A program made the position numbers and the translations under genes. Positions 57,139 to 64,000 of a stretch of DNA of 64,000 nt are shown here, one piece after another. The notes beneath the pieces were generated by a model. That model was given only the letters and a program-made list of their open reading frames with translations. It was not told the DNA's origin and ran no database searches. Numbering within the stretch: position 1 is the stretch's first letter; every line of letters begins with the position of its first letter. The stretch comes from Bacteroidales bacterium. GTDB taxonomy: Bacteria > Bacteroidota > Bacteroidia > Bacteroidales > UBA932. The DNA lies in NCBI GenBank assembly GCA_016286385.1, contig JAEESO010000013.1, positions 1,193-65,192 on the forward strand. The letters run 5' to 3'.

Positions 57139-57716
57139 TGGCAAATAAACCCCTTAATACAGACCTTCTTGACCGTGCAATAATCTTTGCGGTCAAGGCC
57201 CACGCCGGCACTGAGCGCCGCGGAAAGGGCTTTCCCTACATTGTCCACCCCATGGAGGCCGTGGAGATAGTGGCTACCATTACTCCTGATCAGGAACTCC
57301 TTGCCGCCGCCGCCCTCCACGACGTAATAGAGGACACGGATATATCGGCCGATGAACTTCGCGCAGAATTCGGGGACAGGATAGCGAATCTTGTGGTGGC
57401 TGAATCAGACGTTTTCCCGGAAGGCATTTCGGAAGAGGACAGCTGGAGGGCCCGCAAGCAGGCAGCCATCGACCGCCTTGCCGCCGCGCCACGTGATGCC
57501 AAGATAGTTGCCATGGGAGACAAACTGTCCAACATGAGGGCAATAGCCAGGGACTACGCCGTGAAGGGAGATGAGCTGTGGAAGATCTTCCACGCTCCGG
57601 ATCCCAGTGACCATGAGTGGCATTACAGGGGGCTTGCAAATTCACTCCGTGACCTAAAGGACACATTTGCATTCAAAGAATTCGAATCACTTATCAATCA
57701 GATATGGAAGCACTGA
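57138..57716 (+). CDS. Small alarmone hydrolase (Mesh1-like HD domain)
   Basis: FAVKAH..ERR..PYIVHP, AALHDVIEDT, GDKLSNMR. Confidence 0.9.
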   Translation: MANKPLNTDLLDRAIIFAVKAHAGTERRGKGFPYIVHPMEAVEIVATITPDQELLAAAALHDVIEDTDISADELRAEFGDRIANLVVAESDVFPEGISEEDSWRARKQAAIDRLAAAPRDAKIVAMGDKLSNMRAIARDYAVKGDELWKIFHAPDPSDHEWHYRGLANSLRDLKDTFAFKEFESLINQIWKH

Positions 57717-58531
57717 AAATAGACCTCAAAGATTACGTGCACTCCGGCGAAGGCGCCAATGGAGAAAGCTTCAACCACCGCACAAACCCGGACATAATGA
57801 TGAAACTCTACAATCCGGGAAAAGTGCAGCAGCCCCTTGACGAGATGCTCATGGCCCGCAAGGTCTATGAGCTTGGAATCCCCACCCCGGAACCCGGAGA
57901 ATATGTTACGGACGGCGTGCGCTATGGCATCCGTTTCCGCCGCATATCCGGAAAAGTTTCCTATTCCAGGGCAACGGCCGATAACCCTGAAAAAGTGGAA
58001 AAATATGCATCGGAGTTTGCCAGGATGTGCCTCCAGCTTCACAAAGTCCACGTTGATCCGGCAGACTTTGAGAACGTGAAGGACCGCTACTACAGGCTCC
58101 TTGAAGAGAATCCCAATTTTACATCGGCCCAGAAAGACGCTATTGGAAAATTCATTTCCGATGCCCCCGACACCGATACCGCCATCCACGGAGACCTCCA
58201 GTTCAGTAACCTCATCATGGCCGGCGGCAAGAATTACTTCATTGACCTTGGAGATTTCTGCTACGGATACAATCTCTTTGACGTGGGCATGGTGTACCTC
58301 TGCTGCTGCGTAAGCGACGAAGCCTTCATAAAGGAAGTCTTCCATATGCCAAAATCCCTCTCCACAAAGTTCTGGGAGTATTTTGCTCCTGCTTATTTTG
58401 GTAAGGACCGCCCCCTGAAGGATATCACGGAGGAGATTCTGCCATATGCCGGTCTAAAGACTCTTATCGTTGAACGAGACACCAAATGCCCCATGCCGGA
58501 AATGAGGGCCTGTCTCAAAGGAATAATCTGA
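57704..58531 (+). CDS. Aminoglycoside-phosphotransferase-like kinase (TIGR02172-like)
   Basis: GEGANG, MKLY, LGIPTP, HGDLQFSN, FIDLGD. Confidence 0.8.
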   Translation: MEALKIDLKDYVHSGEGANGESFNHRTNPDIMMKLYNPGKVQQPLDEMLMARKVYELGIPTPEPGEYVTDGVRYGIRFRRISGKVSYSRATADNPEKVEKYASEFARMCLQLHKVHVDPADFENVKDRYYRLLEENPNFTSAQKDAIGKFISDAPDTDTAIHGDLQFSNLIMAGGKNYFIDLGDFCYGYNLFDVGMVYLCCCVSDEAFIKEVFHMPKSLSTKFWEYFAPAYFGKDRPLKDITEEILPYAGLKTLIVERDTKCPMPEMRACLKGII

Positions 58532-58532
58532 T

Positions 58533-60710
58533 ATGGCCAGAAAGTCATTATTAAAAAAGGAATCCGAAGCAATCAAGAGGGCCGCATTACAGGGTCTTAT
58601 GATTGTCGTGGTGAGCGTTGTCACGCTTGAGGCAACATCACTTCTGCAGTACTACTTCTCTTCAAAGACAATCACTGCGGAGGCCAACCGCCGTGCCGAA
58701 GGCCAGTTAAAGGCCACGGAACTCCAGATCCTTTCCGTGACGGAGCAGGTGGAAACTGCCGTAAGGAACGCCGCCTGGAGCGTGGAATATCAGATTGGCA
58801 AGCCCGACAGCCTTGCCGCCATCACTTCAAGGATGGTGGAACGAAACCCCGTCATATATGGATCGACCGTTGCCCTTGTAGACAAGATGGTGGCGCCGTA
58901 CTCGTTCCAGGACGGGGACCACGTCACAAAGTCCTCCCTTGCAACCGAGGAGTACGATTACCATTCCCAGGAGTGGTTTGTGAAGCCCCTGGAGGCGGGC
59001 GCCGGTTATTGGTCGGAGCCCTACTTTGACGAGGGCGGCGGAAACGTCATTATGACCACCTACTCGGTTCCGGTGTTTGTGAAGGGAAAGCCCGCAGCCG
59101 TATTTACGGCCGATGTTTCCCTTGACTGGCTCACTGAACTTGTTGGGAAAGTGAAGGTGTATCCCAACACCTACAATTTCATGATTTCCCGTGCCGGACT
59201 CATAATGGTGAGTCCCGCCGAAACCCTTGTGATGCGCCACTCCATCCAGGAGGTGGCTGAGAAGACGGACGGCTCCGAAGTATTTGCGGAGGTTGGAGAG
59301 GCTATGCTTGCCGGCCACGCCGGAGATACCCAGTTGAAGTACAAGGGCAAGGTTCTCCGTGTGTTCTTTGACACCATTTCCCGCACGGGTTGGTCTATGT
59401 CCATCATCATTCCGGAAGATGAAATCTACGGGGAATCCAAGAGAATGGGCTTTGTGGTGATGCTTCTCCAGATCCTTGGCGTGCTTCTCCTGATAGTGAT
59501 CATCTATTTCACCATCAAGAACCAGAAGGAACTCAATCAGGCGTCAGAAAGCAAAACCCGCATAGAGGGTGAACTCCAGGCGGCCAGCGACATCCAGAGC
59601 TCAATGCTTCCCAAGACCTTCCCTCCTTTCCCCAGCAGGGACGACATAGATATGGCGGCTGCCATTGTGCCGGCAAAGAAAGTAGGAGGAGACCTCTACG
59701 ACTTCTATATCAGGGACGAGAAACTGTTCTACTGCATAGGAGACGTCAGCGGCAAGGGCGTTCCCGCCAGCCTGTTCATGGCTGTGACAAGAAGCCTTTT
59801 CCGCTCCGTTTCCAACCATGAGCACAGTCCGGCAAAGATAGTCACCACAATGAACGACAGCCTGTCGGAATCCAACGACGCCTCAATGTTTGTTACCTTC
59901 TTCTGCGGCGTCCTGGATATGAAGACCGGCCATATGGTATATTGCAATGCCGGCCATAACGCCCCCATCGCCCTCACGGACCGCATAGGGGAGCTGCCCG
60001 TAGACTCAAACATCCCGCTTGGCATAATGCCGGGATTCGCCTTCACGGAGCAGGAGGCCGATATCCGCTACGACGACGCCATCTTCCTGTACACGGACGG
60101 CGTTACGGAAGCGGAGAACATCCATCACGAACTATTTGGAGAAGAGAGGATGATAAAGGTGCTTCATACCCGCCGTCCCGCCAGCGAACAGATGGCCTGT
60201 GTGGCCGATGCTGTCAGGGAGTTCCGCGGTGAAGCCGCCCAGAGCGACGACATAACAGTCCTTTTCATCCACTATCTGGGGAAGGAGGAAACAGGCGACA
60301 AGGTCCTCAAGATTACCTTTGACAACGACATAAGCCAGATCCCTCGGCTTGAAGGCTTCATAGAGGAGATCCGCGAGGCTACGGGCATTGATGCCGGCCT
60401 TGCGATGAGCCTGAACCTTGCCCTTGAGGAGGCCGTCACAAATGTGATGATGTACGCTTATCCGGAAGGTGCCAGCGGCAGCGTGAACCTCAAGGCCATC
60501 CTGAAGGAAGGGAGCGTGGAATTCGTCCTCTGGGACAAGGGAATCCCGTTCGATCCCACCGCCGCTCCTGAGGCCGATACAACCCTTGGAGTTGAGGAAA
60601 GGGCCATCGGCGGTCTTGGTATACACCTTGTAAGGAATATCATGGACAGCATCTCCTATGAGAACAAGAACGGAATGAACATACTGACAATGATAAAAAA
60701 CACTAAATAA
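58533..60710 (+). CDS. Membrane sensor: Cache domain + SpoIIE/PP2C phosphatase + anti-sigma-type HATPase
   Basis: TM-Cache (WSEPYFD)-TM; VGGDLYD, GDVSGKG, NAGH, LYTDGVTEA, DDIT; EEAVTN, DKG.PFDP, GGLGIHLV. Confidence 0.9.
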   Translation: MARKSLLKKESEAIKRAALQGLMIVVVSVVTLEATSLLQYYFSSKTITAEANRRAEGQLKATELQILSVTEQVETAVRNAAWSVEYQIGKPDSLAAITSRMVERNPVIYGSTVALVDKMVAPYSFQDGDHVTKSSLATEEYDYHSQEWFVKPLEAGAGYWSEPYFDEGGGNVIMTTYSVPVFVKGKPAAVFTADVSLDWLTELVGKVKVYPNTYNFMISRAGLIMVSPAETLVMRHSIQEVAEKTDGSEVFAEVGEAMLAGHAGDTQLKYKGKVLRVFFDTISRTGWSMSIIIPEDEIYGESKRMGFVVMLLQILGVLLLIVIIYFTIKNQKELNQASESKTRIEGELQAASDIQSSMLPKTFPPFPSRDDIDMAAAIVPAKKVGGDLYDFYIRDEKLFYCIGDVSGKGVPASLFMAVTRSLFRSVSNHEHSPAKIVTTMNDSLSESNDASMFVTFFCGVLDMKTGHMVYCNAGHNAPIALTDRIGELPVDSNIPLGIMPGFAFTEQEADIRYDDAIFLYTDGVTEAENIHHELFGEERMIKVLHTRRPASEQMACVADAVREFRGEAAQSDDITVLFIHYLGKEETGDKVLKITFDNDISQIPRLEGFIEEIREATGIDAGLAMSLNLALEEAVTNVMMYAYPEGASGSVNLKAILKEGSVEFVLWDKGIPFDPTAAPEADTTLGVEERAIGGLGIHLVRNIMDSISYENKNGMNILTMIKNTK

Positions 60711-60711
60711 A

Positions 60712-61026
60712 ATGGAAGTAAAGATTACAGAACAGGACAAGACCCTGGTGGCACAGCTTGCCGGCAGGCTTGACACGGCCGTTTCACAGGAAGTATCGGC
60801 CCAGCTTCAACCCCTTGTGGACAACGCAGACAGAACCCTCATTCTGGACTGCAAGGATCTTGAGTATATCTCCAGTTCCGGTCTGCGTATTTTCCTCACC
60901 ATCCGCAAGGCTGCGGCCGCAAAGGGCGGAAAGGTGATTGTGAAGGACATCAGCACGGAAATCCGCCAGGTCTTCATGATGACCGGTTTCCTTAACCTCT
61001 TTGAGGTAGTAAGCTCTGCAGAGTAA
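60712..61026 (+). CDS. STAS-domain anti-sigma factor antagonist
   Basis: GRLDT, LEYISSSGLR, VFMMTGF. Confidence 0.92.
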   Translation: MEVKITEQDKTLVAQLAGRLDTAVSQEVSAQLQPLVDNADRTLILDCKDLEYISSSGLRIFLTIRKAAAAKGGKVIVKDISTEIRQVFMMTGFLNLFEVVSSAE

Positions 61027-61032
61027 CGGCTT

Positions 61033-62976
61033 ATGGCTTCCAAAAAGAACGTCTCCCTTCCGGAGAACGCCCACCGGGAACTTGCTCCCGGTGAGGAGTA
61101 TCAGCCCATACTGAGCCCGCAGGAAAAGTACGCGGAAGCCACTCCCTACTCCGTGGGGATGGGTGTCCTGATGGTGATTCTTTTCAGCGCTGCGGCGGCA
61201 TACCTTGGCCTCAAGGTGGGCCAGGTGTTTGAGGCTGCAATCCCCATTGCAATCATCGCTGTGGGCCTTACAGGAGCCCTTGGGATCAAGCAGGGTCTGA
61301 GCCAGAACGTGATTATCCAGTCCATCGGCGGCTGCTCAGGAGCGGTTGTGGCCGGTGCTATCTTCACCCTTCCCGCCATCTACATCCTTGGCGTTGAGGT
61401 GAATTTCTGGCAGATGGCCCTGAGTTCACTCCTTGGCGGCGTGCTGGGAATCCTTTTCCTCATCCCCTTCCGCAAATACTTTGTGAAGGAGATGCACGGA
61501 AAGTATCCTTTCCCGGAGGCTACGGCAACCACCCAGGTGCTTGTGAGCGGTGAAAGCGGCGGTTCAAGCGCCAAGACGCTCATTACCGCAGGCCTCATAG
61601 GCGGTCTGTACGATTTCATAGTGGCAAGCGTGGGTCTCTGGAGCGAAACCCTCACTTCCCGCGTGGTAAGCTGGGGCGCCATGGTGGCCGATAAAGCCAA
61701 ACTGGTGGTGAAGCTCAACACCGGCGCTGCGGTGCTGGGACTTGGCTATATCATCGGCCTTAAATATGCCCTCATAATATGCTGCGGCTCATTCCTGGTA
61801 TGGTTCTTCATCATCCCGCTCATTGGATATGTGCTTCCGGAGGCGCAGGCTGCCGGGCTTAGTCCGGAGAATATCTTCAGCACCTACGCCCGTCCTATCG
61901 GCATAGGCGGCATCGCAACCGCCGGAATCATCGGCATTATAAAGTCATTCGGCGTCATCAAAAGCGCCCTGGGCCTTGCCGTAAGCGAGTTCAAGGGCGG
62001 TAAGGCGGCTGTCCAGAAAGGCGCCCGCACGGATGAGGATATGCCCATGAAATCCGTGGTGTACGGCATTGTGATAGCGCTTGTGCTTATCTTTGCGTTC
62101 TTTGCCTTCGGCGGCATTGTGAACAATGTGTGGCAGGCTCTTGTGGGCCTTCTCATTGTGGCCGTGATCGCATTCCTTTTCACTACCGTTGCGGCCAATG
62201 CCATTGCAATTGTGGGTTCCAACCCGGTAAGCGGCATGACGCTGATGACCCTTATCATAGCGTCTGTGGTACTTATTGCGGCTGGCCTTAAGGGTAATTC
62301 CGGTATGGTGGCGGCCCTTGTGATTGGCGGCGTGGTGTGCACCGCGCTTTCCGTTGCGGGCAGCTTCATCACGGATCTCAAGATTGGTTACTGGCTAGGT
62401 TCCACTCCCAAGGTCCAGGAAGGCTGGAAGTTCCTTGGCGTTGCGGTCTCTTCCGTGACTGTGTGCGGCGTTATGCTCATCCTTAACAAGACCTACGGTT
62501 TTGTGGGCGACAATGCCCTTGTGGCACCTCAGGCCAATGCAATGGCAGCGCTTATCGGCCCTCTCATGAGCGGCGGCGGCGCACCCTGGCTGCTTTATGG
62601 CATTGGCGCGGTCCTTGCCCTCATCCTTAACTGGCTTGGTATTCCCGCCCTGGCCTTTGCCCTGGGCATGTTCATTCCGCTGGACCTTAATCTTCCGCTC
62701 CTTATCGGTGGCGCCATCTCCTGGTACGTGAGCACCCGCTCAAAGGATGCGGCCGTGAATTCGGCCCGTCAGGAAAAGGGCACGCTCATCGCTTCCGGCT
62801 TCATCGCCGGCGGTGCGCTCATGGGCGTAGTGAGCGCCATCCTCCGTTTTACCGGCGTGGATATCTTCCTCGCAGATTGGAATGCTCAGTGGGGAGAAGC
62901 CGTGGCAATAATCCCGTTCGTACTCCTTATTATATATATGGTACGCGCGTCAATGAAAAAAGAATCGGGCAAATAA
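61033..62976 (+). CDS. OPT-family oligopeptide transporter
   Basis: AYLGLKVGQVFEAAIP, PFPEA, NPVSGMT, DLKIGY.LG.TP, APQANAM. Confidence 0.92.
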   Translation: MASKKNVSLPENAHRELAPGEEYQPILSPQEKYAEATPYSVGMGVLMVILFSAAAAYLGLKVGQVFEAAIPIAIIAVGLTGALGIKQGLSQNVIIQSIGGCSGAVVAGAIFTLPAIYILGVEVNFWQMALSSLLGGVLGILFLIPFRKYFVKEMHGKYPFPEATATTQVLVSGESGGSSAKTLITAGLIGGLYDFIVASVGLWSETLTSRVVSWGAMVADKAKLVVKLNTGAAVLGLGYIIGLKYALIICCGSFLVWFFIIPLIGYVLPEAQAAGLSPENIFSTYARPIGIGGIATAGIIGIIKSFGVIKSALGLAVSEFKGGKAAVQKGARTDEDMPMKSVVYGIVIALVLIFAFFAFGGIVNNVWQALVGLLIVAVIAFLFTTVAANAIAIVGSNPVSGMTLMTLIIASVVLIAAGLKGNSGMVAALVIGGVVCTALSVAGSFITDLKIGYWLGSTPKVQEGWKFLGVAVSSVTVCGVMLILNKTYGFVGDNALVAPQANAMAALIGPLMSGGGAPWLLYGIGAVLALILNWLGIPALAFALGMFIPLDLNLPLLIGGAISWYVSTRSKDAAVNSARQEKGTLIASGFIAGGALMGVVSAILRFTGVDIFLADWNAQWGEAVAIIPFVLLIIYMVRASMKKESGK

Positions 62977-62992
62977 CCCGATTCTTTTTTTA
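62957..62992. terminator. Bidirectional intrinsic terminator
   Basis: aaaaagaatcggg-caaataa-cccgattcttttt between convergent genes. Confidence 0.8.
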
Positions 62993-64000
62993 TTCTGCAA
63001 ATAGAGAAATGATATTCAGGATCACCTCCGAGGCTTTTTCCATGCTCTCCAGCGGGACGAACTCCATCTTGCCGTGGAAGTTCAGGCCGCCGGCGAAGAT
63101 GTTGGGGCAGGGAAGGCCCTTGAAGGAGAGGTTGGCGCCGTCAGTGCCGCCGCGGATGGGCTGGATCTTTGCCTTGACCCCGGCCATCTCCATGGCCTTC
63201 ACGGCCTTGTCTATGATGTGGTAGTGAGGCTCCACCTGCTCACGCATGTTGTAGTACTGGTCCTTGAGGTCAAGCTTCACGGTGCCTTCTCCGTATTTGG
63301 CGTTGATGAAATCGGCCACCTTTGAGATCATTTCCTTACGGGCCTCAAACTTCTCACGGTTATGGTCACGGATGATGTAGGCAAAGTCAGCCTCCTCTAC
63401 AGCGCCCTTGAAGGAGATGAGGTGGAAGAAGCCCTCGTAGCCCTCCGTGTATTCCGGGCGGGCCATTACGGGAAGCATTGCATTGAATTCCTGGCCGATA
63501 AGGATGGCGTTTTTCATCTTGCCCTTGGCATAGCCGGGGTGGACGTTGCAGCCCTGGATATGGATTTTGGCACTTGCCGCGTTGAAGTTCTCAAACTCCA
63601 GTTCACCAATCTCGCCGCCGTCCATGGTGTAGGCGTAATCGGCCCCAAAACGCTTCACGTCAAATTTCACAACTCCGCGGCCGATTTCCTCGTCCGGGGT
63701 AAAACCTATCCTGATGGGCCCGTGCTTGAACTCAGGGTGCTCCACAATATACTGCACGGCGTTCATTATTTCCGCAACGCCGGCTTTGTCATCGGCCCCA
63801 AGAAGGGTTGTTCCGTCAGTTGTGATAAGGGTTTGGCCGATATAATTGAGCATCTCCGGGAACTCCGAGGGCTTCAGTTCCAGACCGGGTACGCCCTTGA
63901 GGGCAATTGCGCCGCCGTCATAGTTCTCCACAATCTGAGGCTTGATATCTGCGCCTGAAGCGTCCGGGGCGGTGTCCACGTGGGCGATGAAACCTACGGC
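62990..64000 (-). CDS. pepT: Peptidase T (5' end outside window)
   Basis: [32 protein letters not shown]-like [15 protein letters not shown]. Confidence 0.95.
   Translation of the reverse strand, partial: AVGFIAHVDTAPDASGADIKPQIVENYDGGAIALKGVPGLELKPSEFPEMLNYIGQTLITTDGTTLLGADDKAGVAEIMNAVQYIVEHPEFKHGPIRIGFTPDEEIGRGVVKFDVKRFGADYAYTMDGGEIGELEFENFNAASAKIHIQGCNVHPGYAKGKMKNAILIGQEFNAMLPVMARPEYTEGYEGFFHLISFKGAVEEADFAYIIRDHNREKFEARKEMISKVADFINAKYGEGTVKLDLKDQYYNMREQVEPHYHIIDKAVKAMEMAGVKAKIQPIRGGTDGANLSFKGLPCPNIFAGGLNFHGKMEFVPLESMEKASEVILNIISLFAE

Overview
GC-rich Bacteroidales chromosomal window (TAnnTTTG promoters, SurA/OstA/DUF4249/TonB-receptor genes; resembles rumen/gut Bacteroidales). It holds a lysine/DAP operon (aminotransferase-dapF-dapA-dapD-asd-dapE-like-dapB-thrA), an AT-rich islet (TPR regulator plus lipoproteins), housekeeping genes (mutS2, cdaA, P1B-ATPase, comF, mutL, pepP, ispF, radA, galE, surA, dacB, pepT), a VTC/DUF4956/DUF2490/DUF4353 cluster, a run of secreted WG-repeat-type genes, tRNA-Met and tRNA-Gln, and a tightly coupled operon joining a TonB receptor, a small (p)ppGpp synthetase and hydrolase, an APH-like kinase and a PP2C/anti-sigma/STAS module. 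The most unusual signals are non-genic. (i) Five 90-bp elements share a fixed geometry: 25-bp IHF-like box, exactly 40-bp variable palindrome, 25-bp box. (ii) Three tandem 52-bp palindrome doublets share geometry but not sequence. (iii) Two related cloverleaf elements sit in-frame inside dapF and the dapE-like gene. (iv) REP-like hairpins are translated inside several proteins. (v) The heptamer ATCGGCC is strongly over-represented (about 125 copies by hand count). No transposase, integrase or CRISPR array was seen. All family calls come from motif recognition by eye; no searches were run.
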